Positions 39,518-49,500 of a stretch of 64,000 nucleotides of DNA are shown here, one piece after another. A program made the translations under genes and the position numbers. Within the stretch, counting starts at the first letter, position 1. Every line of letters begins with the position of its first letter. The DNA is taken from sequence record DRR378314_1742. The stretch is one strand, 5' to 3'. The notes below the pieces were generated by a model. That model was not told the origin of the DNA. It searched no databases and saw nothing but the letters and a program-made list of their open reading frames with translations.

Positions 39518-40585
39518 CTACTTCGGGGTTAATCGGTGTTGATGAAGACTGTGGACGGTTGCAACTGCAAAACCCAGAACCACCATGCCCATTGCCTGAT
39601 GCAGAGCGCCCAGCGATACGGGAACCACCATCACCAACGTCCAGATCCCAATTATGACCTGCAACACCGTAGCTGCAACCAGAAAATGGGCGAAGCGACG
39701 AGCCGTTGGATCGGTCGTTTCCTTTCGGCACCAGATAAACAGCGCAATCAAAAGGACAAAAACCAGATAGGCCCCCATCCGATGGGTAAATTGAATGGTT
39801 GCTACATTTTCAAGAAAATTCAAATACCAGGGTGTCATGTAAAAGATATCATCAGGCATGAAGCCGCCGCCCATAGTCGGCCAGTCGTTATAGATAAATC
39901 CGGCATTGAGCCCGGCAACAAAGCCACCGATTAGAATTTGCAGGAAGATCAAAGCCAACGCAACCCAACTAAATCGTAACAGAGAACTTGCGGCTTTTCG
40001 CCCCTCTTTCGGATATAAAAGTTCCAAAGCGGTCCAGATCAGGGCCCCAAGGATCAAGGCTGCGAGCCCCAAATGCGCAGTCAAACGGTAATGGCTGACA
40101 TCAGGATGATCAACTAGCCCGCTTTTGACCATGACCCATCCCATGAGCCCCTGACTGCCCCCCAGTACCAATAGCACAACTAGTCGGGGTACCATATGGG
40201 CAGGGATCTTTCGAAATAGCAGAAATACAAAGAACGGAACGGCAAATGCTAGACCGATCAGCCGCCCTAAAACCCGATGGGAATATTCAAACGCAAAGAT
40301 CTCCTTAAAGTCAGCAAGGCTCATCCCTTTGTTGATTTTCTGATATTCGGGAAAGGCTTTATATTTATCAAATTCAGTTTGCCAGGCCTGTTCACTTAAA
40401 GGCGGGAGCCAGCCGGTAACCGGTTTCCACTCCACCATGGAAAGACCGGAATTGGTCAAACGGGTCACGCCGCCAAGCACGACCATACAAAAAACCAGAA
40501 ACGCGACCAGCAACAGCCAGCTCGCCAGCAACTTGCGGTTCCTGCCCTGAAGGGCGAACCCGTAACTTTGTGTCATATCCATCAT
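39518..40585 (-). CDS. ctaA: Heme A synthase (COX15/CtaA)
   Basis: GGVTRLTNSGLS, EYSHR, RLTAH, FTHR, LHQ. Start is one of ATG 40585, 40582 or 40576. Confidence 0.95.
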   Translation of the reverse strand: MMDMTQSYGFALQGRNRKLLASWLLLVAFLVFCMVVLGGVTRLTNSGLSMVEWKPVTGWLPPLSEQAWQTEFDKYKAFPEYQKINKGMSLADFKEIFAFEYSHRVLGRLIGLAFAVPFFVFLLFRKIPAHMVPRLVVLLVLGGSQGLMGWVMVKSGLVDHPDVSHYRLTAHLGLAALILGALIWTALELLYPKEGRKAASSLLRFSWVALALIFLQILIGGFVAGLNAGFIYNDWPTMGGGFMPDDIFYMTPWYLNFLENVATIQFTHRMGAYLVFVLLIALFIWCRKETTDPTARRFAHFLVAATVLQVIIGIWTLVMVVPVSLGALHQAMGMVVLGFAVATVHSLHQHRLTPK

Positions 40586-40633
40586 GGCAGGAAAGATACT
40601 CTGGAACGGTTTTAAAGCGCAATTGGAATTGGA

Positions 40634-40648
40634 GCGGCAATTTGCCAC
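40634..40648. promoter_or_regulatory. Putative RegA/PrrA/RegR box upstream of ctaA
   Basis: GCGGC-AATTT-GCCAC against consensus GCGGC-N5-GTCGC, just upstream of TTGCGC-18-TATCTT. Confidence 0.55.
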
Positions 40649-40680
40649 GGAAGCCATTTTGTCCTGCACTCCATACTCCC

Positions 40681-40721
40681 AAAAAAAAAGCCCCTGAAAA
40701 CCGGAGTTTTCAAGGGCTTTT
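40681..40721 (-). terminator. Intrinsic terminator after tRNA-Pro
   Basis: AAAAGCCCTTGAAAAC...TTTTCAGGGGCTTTTTTTTT on the minus strand. Confidence 0.85.
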
Positions 40722-40725
40722 CGAT

Positions 40726-40802
40726 TGGTCGGGCAGGCCGGATTTGAACCGACGACCCCTTCACCCCCAGTGAAGTGCGCTACCAGGCTGCGCTACTGCC
40801 CG
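40726..40802 (-). tRNA. tRNA-Pro (GGG)
   Basis: Reverse complement reads CGGGCAG...CTTCA-CTGGGGG-TGAAG...GGTTCAAATCC...CTGCCCGACCA. Confidence 0.98.
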
Positions 40803-40891
40803 TCTGACTAACCGGCGCGCACTATAGCCTCGAAATTTTGGCAATGCAACGCAATCACGCGTGCCGATTTAAAAAAGTTGAAGTGGATATT

Positions 40892-41359
40892 TTACCGGGG
40901 GAGCAAACGGCGGATTGCCTGCAATTCCTGAAGCAACCCTTCGAGCTTATCACGGGCGTCAGGCGCCAGTTCACCGGCACTGGCAACGGCTTCCGGTTCA
41001 GTGGATGCAGGACTGGACGGTCCGTTTACAGCTTCTTTGGTTTTTTGAAATTCACCGGTCAGGACATCGATATTTTCGATCTTGCCGCCCTGTTCTTTCA
41101 GGAGTTTCTGAGCCCCTTTGATGGTGAAACCATGGGTATAGAGAAGATCACGAATGCCGCGAATAATTTCAATATCGGAGGGGCGATAATACCGGCGCCC
41201 CCCGCCCCGCTTCAGCGGTTTGACGATTGTAAATTTGGTTTCCCAAAATCGAAGAACATGCTGCGGAACATCCAACTCTTCTGATACTTCACTAATCGTG
41301 CGAAATGCATCAGGATCTTTTTCAGATCTACCGCTGTTTGTAGTTTTGGTATCTGCCAT
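40892..41359 (-). CDS. MerR family transcriptional regulator
   Basis: FRTISEV, HVLRFWE, GGRRYYR; conserved ihfA-merR-tRNA-Pro order. Confidence 0.95.
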   Translation of the reverse strand: MADTKTTNSGRSEKDPDAFRTISEVSEELDVPQHVLRFWETKFTIVKPLKRGGGRRYYRPSDIEIIRGIRDLLYTHGFTIKGAQKLLKEQGGKIENIDVLTGEFQKTKEAVNGPSSPASTEPEAVASAGELAPDARDKLEGLLQELQAIRRLLPR

Positions 41360-41376
41360 ATCCGAATTTAATTACC

Positions 41377-41679
41377 TTAGCTGGACTGGCTATTGATCTT
41401 GTCTTTCAAAACACTTGAAGCCTTGAATACAAGAACGCGACGCGGATCAATCGGCACCTCTTCACCCGTTTTAGGGTTTCTGCCCACCCGTCCATTTTTC
41501 TGGCGGACTTCAAAATTGCCGAAAGAGGAAATCTTGACATTTTCCCCTTCAATCAAGCGACTGGAGATTTCATCCAGGACAGCTTCTACATGCATCGCAG
41601 ATTCTTTGCGAGAAAGACCTACCTTCTGATAAAGGGCCTTTGCCAGATCAGACCTGGTAACTGCTTTTTTTTTGCTCAT
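41377..41679 (-). CDS. ihfA: Integration host factor alpha
   Basis: [24 protein letters not shown] after GAGGTGGGAG. Confidence 0.97.
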   Translation of the reverse strand: MSKKKAVTRSDLAKALYQKVGLSRKESAMHVEAVLDEISSRLIEGENVKISSFGNFEVRQKNGRVGRNPKTGEEVPIDPRRVLVFKASSVLKDKINSQSS

Positions 41680-41875
41680 GTCTCCCACCTCATACACTGT
41701 ATTAAAGGATTAGCACAGCAGATGGGACCGTCAACTGCAAACAGAGAAAAAGTCATAAGAAAATGGCCTTAAACGGTGATTTCATAGAAAAACCCCCTTC
41801 AATCATGGTCTATTGGCCAGTACAGAACGCAAAATGACTGTAAAAATTATTCTTAAATTACAGAATCACTAATAA

Positions 41876-42847
41876 CTAGAATCGGACTAGTGCAGATCCC
41901 CACGTAAAACCGCCCCCCATTGCTTCGAGCAGCAGTAAATCACCTTTTTTGATACGTCCGTCCCGCACAGCTTCATCTAAAGCAAGGGGAACTGATGCGG
42001 CAGATGTATTGCCGTGACGATCCACCGTGACTACAACTTTAGTTGGATCCATTTTCAGTTTGCGGCCCGTGCCATCAATAATCCGCTTATTGGCCTGATG
42101 CGGAATAAGCCAGTCGATGTCATCCGCCTCAAGACCGGTTGCCTCCAAAGCCTCTCCAACCACGCTCGCCAAATTAGTCACGGCATGTTTGAAAACTTCG
42201 CGGCCTTCCATTTTCAGGAAGCCCGTTGTCTGCGTTGTAGACGGCCCGCCATCCACATATAGAAGATCCCGATGACGCCCGTCCGCGTGTAAATGGCTGG
42301 TCAGCATGCCGCGGTCCTGATTAGTGCCCGGCTGTTCGTCCGCTTCCAGAACGATCGCGCCGGCGCCATCACCAAAAAGCACACAGGTCGTTCTGTCTTT
42401 CCAGTCGAGAATTCGGGAAAAGGTTTCCGCCCCGATGACCAGCACCCGATCCGCCTGGCCCGCCTTGATAAAATTATCCGCCGTTGCCAGGGCATAAATG
42501 AAGCCTGTGCAAACCGCCTGAATATCAAATGCAAATCCGTGGGTCATTCCAAGGTTTGTCTGAATGGTCGTTGCCGAGGCGGGAAAGGTTTGATCCGGGG
42601 TCGCCGTTGCCAACAGGATCATATCAATATCATCGGCGGTCACACCGGCGGCGGCCATCGCCATTAAGGCAGCTTTTGTTCCTAAATCAGAGGTGAATTC
42701 GCCCTCTGCTGCGACATGCCGTTGACGTATACCGGAACGAGAGACGATCCATTCGTCAGAGGTATCCACTTTTTCCGCCAATTCAGCATTGCTGACAACC
42801 CGCTCTGGCAGATAAGACCCTGTTCCCGTAATAATCGAACGACGCAT
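41876..42847 (-). CDS. fabH: Beta-ketoacyl-ACP synthase III
   Basis: AVCTGF, FGDGAGA, PHQAN, GNTSAAS. Confidence 0.98.
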   Translation of the reverse strand: MRRSIITGTGSYLPERVVSNAELAEKVDTSDEWIVSRSGIRQRHVAAEGEFTSDLGTKAALMAMAAAGVTADDIDMILLATATPDQTFPASATTIQTNLGMTHGFAFDIQAVCTGFIYALATADNFIKAGQADRVLVIGAETFSRILDWKDRTTCVLFGDGAGAIVLEADEQPGTNQDRGMLTSHLHADGRHRDLLYVDGGPSTTQTTGFLKMEGREVFKHAVTNLASVVGEALEATGLEADDIDWLIPHQANKRIIDGTGRKLKMDPTKVVVTVDRHGNTSAASVPLALDEAVRDGRIKKGDLLLLEAMGGGFTWGSALVRF

Positions 42848-42899
42848 TTTTCCCTATTCTCTGAAGGCTGGCTTCAGCAGTTATTATGTCTTCTCACTT

Positions 42900-43997
42900 T
42901 CAGGTGTCCGTGGTGACCGTTGACGGGCGATCAGTGGTCTTGTCAATGGCTGCTACCTCGGCTTCGCTCTGGCTCATTTGAACCGCAAATTCCTTGAAGT
43001 GTTCAATCATTTTTTCGATCATGCCGTCGGTAACCATTTCAATTGTGACGGCGATCGCATTGGCATAGCCATGTTCATCGGTTCCGCCATGGCTTTTCAC
43101 ACAAATACCGTTCAGTCCCAAAAACACACCGCCATTATACCCGCGTGGGTCCAAACGGTCTTTCAACATTTTCAGGCCGCTGCTGGCCAGAAGATACCCG
43201 ATCATAGAAAGAAGGGAGCTGCGAAATCCCTGACGCAGAAAGTCTGCATACATGGTTGCGACCCCTTCTGCGGTTTTCAGGGCAACGTTGCCGGTGAACC
43301 CGTCGGTAACGACCACGTCCACAACGCCGCGGGTGATGTCATCGCCTTCGATAAATCCGTAATATTCAAAAGGGGCGTTTTCCATATCCCTGAGGCGCTC
43401 TCCTGCCTCGCGGATGGTATCGCTGCCTTTCAGTTCTTCACTGCCCACGTTAAGAAGCCCGACCCGAGGGGGAACACGGCCCAGAACCGCGCGGGAGAAA
43501 TCGGCGCCCATGACGGCGAACTGCACCAGATTATCTGCGTCACAGTCAATATTCGCGCCCAAATCCAGCATCACCGTCTCCCCCTTTGGAGAGGGCAATA
43601 CGGATGCGATTGCCGGGCGGTCGATACCGGGTAGTGTTCTCAAAGAAAACTTGGCCATTGCCATGAGCGCGCCCGTGTTGCCCGCAGAGACAACACCCAT
43701 GGCATCGCCGTCACGAACAGAATCGATGGCAAGGCGCATACTGCTTTTCCGCCCCTTGCGCAGCGCATGGCTGGGTTTATCTGCACCTTTGATTGCCTGG
43801 TCCGTATGACGGATCTCGCTTACGGCGCGAACGCCGGGATAGTTATCCAGCAGGGGCTGCAGGCGGGCTTCATCACCAAACAACAAAAACCGGGCATCAG
43901 GATACTGAACGCGAACGATATCGACGCCCTTAATGACTATATCGGGGGCTTCATCTCCCCCCATGGCATCAAGGGCAATAACAACAGTCGCGCTCAT
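42900..43997 (-). CDS. plsX: Phosphate acyltransferase PlsX
   Basis: DAMGGD, SAGNTGA, LDLGAN, DGFTGN, KSHG. Confidence 0.98.
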   Translation of the reverse strand: MSATVVIALDAMGGDEAPDIVIKGVDIVRVQYPDARFLLFGDEARLQPLLDNYPGVRAVSEIRHTDQAIKGADKPSHALRKGRKSSMRLAIDSVRDGDAMGVVSAGNTGALMAMAKFSLRTLPGIDRPAIASVLPSPKGETVMLDLGANIDCDADNLVQFAVMGADFSRAVLGRVPPRVGLLNVGSEELKGSDTIREAGERLRDMENAPFEYYGFIEGDDITRGVVDVVVTDGFTGNVALKTAEGVATMYADFLRQGFRSSLLSMIGYLLASSGLKMLKDRLDPRGYNGGVFLGLNGICVKSHGGTDEHGYANAIAVTIEMVTDGMIEKMIEHFKEFAVQMSQSEAEVAAIDKTTDRPSTVTTDT

Positions 43998-44042
43998 CCT
44001 AAAGTCCGGTTTTTTTAATTGGCGTGATAGAGATAAGGAAGT

Positions 44043-44228
44043 TTAGAGGACTTCTGCTGTGTCCACAACTTCACGATCGCCATAAAAACCACAAGAATCA
44101 CAAACGTGATGCGGACGCTTCAACTCACCGCAATTTCCACATTCCTGAACCTGTGTTCCGCTCAGCGCGTCATGCGCCCGGCGCATATTCCGTTTTGACT
44201 TGGTTGTCTTCTTCTTAGGTACTGCCAT
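44043..44228 (-). CDS. rpmF: 50S ribosomal protein L32 (four-Cys zinc-ribbon form)
   Basis: [19 protein letters not shown]. Confidence 0.98.
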   Translation of the reverse strand: MAVPKKKTTKSKRNMRRAHDALSGTQVQECGNCGELKRPHHVCDSCGFYGDREVVDTAEVL

Positions 44229-44295
44229 TTCTCTATCTCTCACTCAATGCACCCTTAAGGGTGACTAACAAGCTCCACCGGATATTTCACCGATC

Positions 44296-44868
44296 TCATT
44301 TCTTGTTCATCAAATCCTTGAGGTTGGCAAAGGGTTTATAAACCTCTTGCTCCGGTTCAACCTCTTGCTCGTCCTCATCTGACTGCAGCAGATATTTTGC
44401 GCTGTCAGAATTTGCCGCCCCTTCTGCACGAGGATAGGGGTCCAATGCAAGTGCAATCTGTTCGCCAACGGCTTGCACCAGATTAATCTGGCCCCTTTCC
44501 ACAAGTTCGGGAAGGTCTTCTTCGTCTTTATTGAACACATATTCGACTTCGGCAGGAATTACATCCTCTTTATCGAACGTGTAGCACAAGGCGAATTTAA
44601 CATCAATTTCCTGCGGCACCGGCTCCAGGGTCACGACGCAAGCCTGAACCGCTTCCGCCTTCAGCCTGGCCGACAGTTCAAGGAATTTACTGTCGCTTTT
44701 ACGCTTGACGACACCACTGACATCAAGTGCGTTCAGCCCCAAAATTCCAAGCTGTTTCGCCAAATCAGCCCGTTCATCTTCATTTGCCGTAACCTGGAAC
44801 TCAATCGGATCGCGTTTTAAACGATCAACCTTGATCCATTTTACAAACTTTGCTCCGGCGTTCTGCAT
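44296..44868 (-). CDS. YceD/DUF177 family protein
   Basis: QACVVTLEP, LALDPYPR, PFANLKDL; upstream of rpmF. Confidence 0.93.
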   Translation of the reverse strand: MQNAGAKFVKWIKVDRLKRDPIEFQVTANEDERADLAKQLGILGLNALDVSGVVKRKSDSKFLELSARLKAEAVQACVVTLEPVPQEIDVKFALCYTFDKEDVIPAEVEYVFNKDEEDLPELVERGQINLVQAVGEQIALALDPYPRAEGAANSDSAKYLLQSDEDEQEVEPEQEVYKPFANLKDLMNKK

Positions 44869-44948
44869 GGAGCGTCCTTCCCAACTCTTCTTGATCCAAA
44901 TTGACCGAGTGTCGCTGAAAATCGTCCGGTCTTCGATTCGAAGGCGCG

Positions 44949-45021
44949 AAAATAGGCGCTTCCGGCCTTCAGGTCAATTGATTTTACGACTTCCAACAAA
45001 CTTAATAAATAAATAAATAAA
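44949..45021 (-). promoter_or_regulatory. sigma70 promoter of the yceD-rpmF operon with upstream AT tract
   Basis: TTGACC-17-TATTTT with a GC-rich discriminator; (TAAA)4 at 45006-45021 upstream. Confidence 0.6.
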
Positions 45022-45059
45022 ATCAGAAACTTACTGACCTGACTTTACAAAAACAGCGG

Positions 45060-45608
45060 CTAGGCCGCGGGATAGTTAATAAACGACACCTGCCCCGTTT
45101 TGAGCGTCTCATAAGTCTGCTCTGCCAGATGGGCATCGGTTTTGCGGATATAAGCCGCAAGGTCACGCAAAGTTTCCGCCTTGGGAGATGTTTCCAACGT
45201 ACCATAGTGATTCCGTGCCAGCGCCTCTTCCAGGGTTTCCTCCCCCTCGCCATCAATGGCCGTTTCATAGGCGACAATTCGCCCGTAGAAAACCTGAGCC
45301 ATGGCCTTGATCCGCTTGCCGACGCTGAGATCCCCAACACCGATTTCCCGCAGGCAATTATCCATATCCACGAACATTTTATCGAACACGGCCTGGGACA
45401 GCTTTTGCCCCTCATTGCCTTCGCGTTTGAGACGCCGCATCATCAAGAAAGCGTGCAGAGATACCATTTCATAGCGGCCATCCACCGTGTCAGGCACATC
45501 CGCCTCCAAGTAAAAGACAGGCTGCCTGGCCTGTGCAACAATCGCCTCATAAAGGTCTGAAGCAGCCTTCTTAAGCCCCCTGTCGCCGAAAAGCGTCTTT
45601 AAAATCAT
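45060..45608 (-). CDS. Ubiquinol-cytochrome c chaperone family protein (Cbp3-like)
   Basis: VPDTVDGRYEM, LREIGVGDLSV, FYGR; divergent from bamE. Confidence 0.92.
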   Translation of the reverse strand: MILKTLFGDRGLKKAASDLYEAIVAQARQPVFYLEADVPDTVDGRYEMVSLHAFLMMRRLKREGNEGQKLSQAVFDKMFVDMDNCLREIGVGDLSVGKRIKAMAQVFYGRIVAYETAIDGEGEETLEEALARNHYGTLETSPKAETLRDLAAYIRKTDAHLAEQTYETLKTGQVSFINYPAA

Positions 45609-45760
45609 ACACCGGTCCACTCTGGAAAGAATTGACATTTCCCCACTGAAAATGGCATTTATTACGTCATGAGTTAAGGGGTTGTGGTGCCAAAGTCAAC
45701 TTTGGGATCCCAGACCTGCCGTTCTCTTTGGATAATGCATTTCACGGGCAGTAAGCGTTT

Positions 45761-46207
45761 ATGAAAAAATTCCTTTCACTCGCACTGGGTGTCAGTCTGT
45801 TGGCCTTAACTGTGGCCGCGTGTGATCCTGTCCGCGAAGAAAAGGGCTATCGCCTGGATCAGGAGCAGGTTGTCCAACTGGAACCGGGCACAACCAACAA
45901 GGACAAGGTTCTGGAATTGATGGGCTCGCCCTCTTCCATCTCGACCTTTCCGCAAGCGGGCGAAGCCTGGTATTATATCGGTAAGAAAACCGCTCACTTT
46001 GCATTCTTTGAAAAGAAAATCCTCGAACAGAATGTCACCGTTATTGTTTTTGATCAGAATGAAGTGATTAAAAGCATTAAAAATTATGACAAGGACGATG
46101 CCCGGGACGTGGATGTTGTCGATCGGACAACCCCGACAGGCGGGAACGAGCTTGGCTTCTTTGAACAGATGTTCGGTAACTTCGGCCGCTTTAACCCCGG
46201 CCAGTAA
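45761..46207 (+). CDS. bamE: Outer-membrane assembly lipoprotein BamE
   Basis: Lipobox VAAC, MGSPS, WYYI. Confidence 0.92.
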   Translation: MKKFLSLALGVSLLALTVAACDPVREEKGYRLDQEQVVQLEPGTTNKDKVLELMGSPSSISTFPQAGEAWYYIGKKTAHFAFFEKKILEQNVTVIVFDQNEVIKSIKNYDKDDARDVDVVDRTTPTGGNELGFFEQMFGNFGRFNPGQ

Positions 46208-46224
46208 TCGACCCTTTCAAACAG

Positions 46225-46256
46225 AAAAAAGCCCCCGAAATTTCGGGGGCTTTCTC
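46225..46256. terminator. Bidirectional terminator between bamE and hppA
   Basis: Palindrome AAAGCCCCCGAAATTTCGGGGGCTTT with A/T flanks. Confidence 0.9.
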
Positions 46257-46270
46257 GTTTGCATCCTTTG

Positions 46271-48376
46271 TTAATGTGCGAGAACCGCCAGCATCAACAG
46301 TGCAATAATATTGGTGATCTTGATCATCGGATTAACCGCAGGTCCGGCCGTATCCTTATAAGGATCACCAACCGTATCGCCGGTCACCGCCGCCGCATGG
46401 GCATCGGTCCCCTTACCGCCATGATTGCCATCCTCTATATATTTTTTGGCATTATCCCAGGCGCCGCCCCCTGCCGTCATTGAGACAGCAACGAAAAGAC
46501 CCGTGATAATCACCCCAAGGAGCATGGCGCCCACCGTTGCAAAAGCTGCGGATTTATCCGCAACCAGCAAGATGACGACAAATACCAGAATAGGCGCCAA
46601 CAGCGGCAACAGAGACGGAATTATCATTTCCCGAATCGCCGCTTTGGTCAGCATATCAACGGCACGGCCATAATCAGGCTTGCTGGTGCCTTCCATAATC
46701 CCAGGAATTTCTTTGAACTGCCGCCGCACTTCCCGAACAACCGCACCGGCAGCCCGCCCAACGGACATCATCCCCATGGCCCCGAACAGATAAGGCAGCA
46801 TACCGCCAAGGATCAGCCCCACCACAATGAACGGATTTTGCAAACTGAAGTTCAGGGTAACCCCCTGAAAATAGCTATACTGATCCGGCGTGGCGTTGGC
46901 GATGAAGAAGGTTAGATCCTCCGTATAAGCAGCGAACAGAACCAAGGCACCCAAGCCAGCGGAGCCGATTGCATATCCCTTGGTCACGGCTTTTGTGGTG
47001 TTACCAACCGCATCCAGAGCATCCGTGGTTTTGCGAACCTCTTCATCCATGTCGGCCATTTCAGCGATGCCGCCGGCGTTATCCGTCACCGGACCATAAG
47101 CATCAAGCGCGACAACCATTCCCGCCAGAGCGAGCATTGTTGTCACTGCGATGGCAATTCCAAACAACGCCGCCATGTTATAGGCCACCACAATACCTGC
47201 GCAGATAATCAAAGCTGGAATTGCGGTTGCTTCCATGGAAACGGCAAGACCTTGAATAACATTGGTGCCGTGACCGGTTTCTGAAGACTTGGCGATTGAG
47301 CGAACGGGTCGATACTCAGTAGATGTGTAATATTCCGTAACCCAGATCAGCAAAGCTGTCACCACAAGCCCGACAAGACCACAGAGAAACAGGCTCATCC
47401 CGGTAAAGGGCGTGCCGCCAATTGTATATTCCGTATCCATACCAATTGTGTAAGAGGTCACCGGCCAGAGAAGAATGGCAGAGAGCACCGTTGTGGCGGC
47501 GAAGCCTTTATATAGGGCCCCCATAATATTTTCACTGCTGCCAAGGCGAACAAAGAATGTACCGATTACCGATGTGATAATACAAACCCCACCGATCATC
47601 AGCGGATAGGACATCATCCGCGCATCCCCAACAAAATAGATGGATGCCAAAACCATGGTCGCAACCACTGTCACCGCATAAGTTTCAAACAGGTCTGCCG
47701 CCATCCCCGCGCAGTCGCCCACGTTATCGCCCACATTATCGGCAATTACAGCCGGATTACGGGGATCATCTTCGGGAATTCCAGCCTCGACCTTACCGAC
47801 CAGGTCAGCGCCCACATCCGCACCCTTGGTGAAGATGCCGCCGCCCAGACGGGCGAAAATGGAAATCAGGGATGCCCCGAAACCTAGCGCCACAAGGCTA
47901 TCAATCATTTCACGGCCTTCGGCCCCCATTGCCTGCAACGCGATGAAGTAGCCCGCCACAGCAAGCAGCGCCAGACCAACCACCAGCATACCGGTAATGG
48001 CACCAGCCTTGAAGGAGACATCCAGTCCATCCTTCAGACTTTTTGCAGCGCCCGCAGCCGTTCGCACATTCGCCCGAACCGACACATTCATGCCAATAAA
48101 GCCTGCAGCCCCGGACAGCACCGCCCCAATAAAAAAGCCAATCCCGACTTTGATCCCGAGAAGAAGCCATAAGATTATGAAAATCACGATACCAACAATA
48201 CCGATCGTTAAATACTGTCTATTCAGATATGCCGTTGCCCCCTCTTGCACAGCTGCAGAGATTTCCTGCATCCGTGCAGTTCCGGCGTCAGCTGATAAAA
48301 CTGAACGACCGGCAAATACGCCGTAAATTAACGCGATCACCCCACAGATGATCGGAATCCACAATAGTTCTGACAT
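46271..48376 (-). CDS. hppA: Membrane-bound pyrophosphatase, K+-independent H+-PPase type
   Basis: [26 protein letters not shown] (Lys at the K+-dependence determinant), [10 protein letters not shown]. Confidence 0.97.
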   Translation of the reverse strand: MSELLWIPIICGVIALIYGVFAGRSVLSADAGTARMQEISAAVQEGATAYLNRQYLTIGIVGIVIFIILWLLLGIKVGIGFFIGAVLSGAAGFIGMNVSVRANVRTAAGAAKSLKDGLDVSFKAGAITGMLVVGLALLAVAGYFIALQAMGAEGREMIDSLVALGFGASLISIFARLGGGIFTKGADVGADLVGKVEAGIPEDDPRNPAVIADNVGDNVGDCAGMAADLFETYAVTVVATMVLASIYFVGDARMMSYPLMIGGVCIITSVIGTFFVRLGSSENIMGALYKGFAATTVLSAILLWPVTSYTIGMDTEYTIGGTPFTGMSLFLCGLVGLVVTALLIWVTEYYTSTEYRPVRSIAKSSETGHGTNVIQGLAVSMEATAIPALIICAGIVVAYNMAALFGIAIAVTTMLALAGMVVALDAYGPVTDNAGGIAEMADMDEEVRKTTDALDAVGNTTKAVTKGYAIGSAGLGALVLFAAYTEDLTFFIANATPDQYSYFQGVTLNFSLQNPFIVVGLILGGMLPYLFGAMGMMSVGRAAGAVVREVRRQFKEIPGIMEGTSKPDYGRAVDMLTKAAIREMIIPSLLPLLAPILVFVVILLVADKSAAFATVGAMLLGVIITGLFVAVSMTAGGGAWDNAKKYIEDGNHGGKGTDAHAAAVTGDTVGDPYKDTAGPAVNPMIKITNIIALLMLAVLAH

Positions 48377-48894
48377 GAGACCCCACCCTATTCACAAACA
48401 GGCGAACCGCCTGATAAAGAAATTATACCGGAACTTTATGTTCCTATTTTAGCTTTCTGGACCTTTACAGCGTAAACAACTTCTTTTGAAAGAATGACAG
48501 ATTAGTATTTGTTCTGCAATACTATGTTTTTAGTACAAAATTTATCTATTTATTTTAATAGAAACTAAGAATATATTTAGATTAAAACTTAAGTAATTAT
48601 AATTTATTTCGTGTATATTTCATTTTCTAAAGATGAATTTTAGGGAAATACGCAAGTCTTATTCTATAAATTAAGAAGATTACAGCTCTATTGCTGCAGT
48701 GCCACAATTATATTTTTAAAAAATTTATTAGGTTTTACTATTTTTTATTTTTCTTATTTTGATTTCTATTCCCACAACTGGAGAATAAATTCAAAAAAAA
48801 CGCTGAAATTTGAAGAGTTTTATGGCATCTGCACGCCGAACGTGCTAATCGAACGCCAGCTAATTTAAGAAGCTTATAAGGAGCTTATTTCGAA

Positions 48895-49428
48895 ATGGAT
48901 ATTTCCAAGATTTCGGCGGGCAAGGATGTCCCATGGGATGTAAACGTAGTTGTCGAAATTCCAATTGGTGGCGTTCCGGTTAAATATGAAGTTGAAAAAG
49001 AGTCTGGTGCTCTTTTTGTGGACCGCTTCCTGCACACAGCAATGTATTACCCCTGCAACTATGGCTTTATCCCCCATACTTTGGCAGATGATGGCGATCC
49101 GACAGATATGCTGGTTGCTGGCCCCATTCCGGTCATTCCTGGCGCCGTTCTGCGCTCACGCCCGGTTGGCGTGCTGATCATGGAAGACGAAGCCGGCCAG
49201 GATGAAAAAATCCTCGGCGTTCCGGTTGATAGCCTGCACCCATATTATTCAAACATCTCCAACTACACGGATCTGCGGGGCGTTCTCCTTGATCAGATTG
49301 CCCACTTCTTTGAGCATTACAAAGATCTTGAAGAAGGCAAATGGGTTAAGATCGTCCGCTGGGGCGATGCTGATGAAGCCGCGGAAATGATCAAGAATGC
49401 GATGCTAAAAGATGCTGTGACCGGCTAA
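48895..49428 (+). CDS. ppa: Soluble family I inorganic pyrophosphatase
   Basis: KYE, YPCNYG, DGDPTD, DEKI, FFEHYKDLE. Confidence 0.98.
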   Translation: MDISKISAGKDVPWDVNVVVEIPIGGVPVKYEVEKESGALFVDRFLHTAMYYPCNYGFIPHTLADDGDPTDMLVAGPIPVIPGAVLRSRPVGVLIMEDEAGQDEKILGVPVDSLHPYYSNISNYTDLRGVLLDQIAHFFEHYKDLEEGKWVKIVRWGDADEAAEMIKNAMLKDAVTG

Positions 49429-49450
49429 CTCAAGCCCTGAGCACACAACC

Positions 49451-49486
49451 AAAAAAAACCGCGCCTTTAAAAGCGCGGTTTTTTTT
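49451..49486. terminator. Bidirectional terminator between ppa and the MFS gene
   Basis: A8-CCGCGC-ctttaaaa-GCGCGG-T8. Confidence 0.92.
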
Positions 49487-49500
49487 GATGCCTGCCCTGA

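Noticed and set aside
45006-45021. (TAAA)4 as a phase-variation tract
   Set aside because: Only four units and located upstream of the -35 box; more simply an AT-rich upstream element.
48480-48800. Replication origin or dif site in the AT-rich spacer
   Set aside because: No good DnaA boxes (TTATCCACA), no XerD arm (TTATGTTAAAT), and the flanking genes are not typical origin neighbours.
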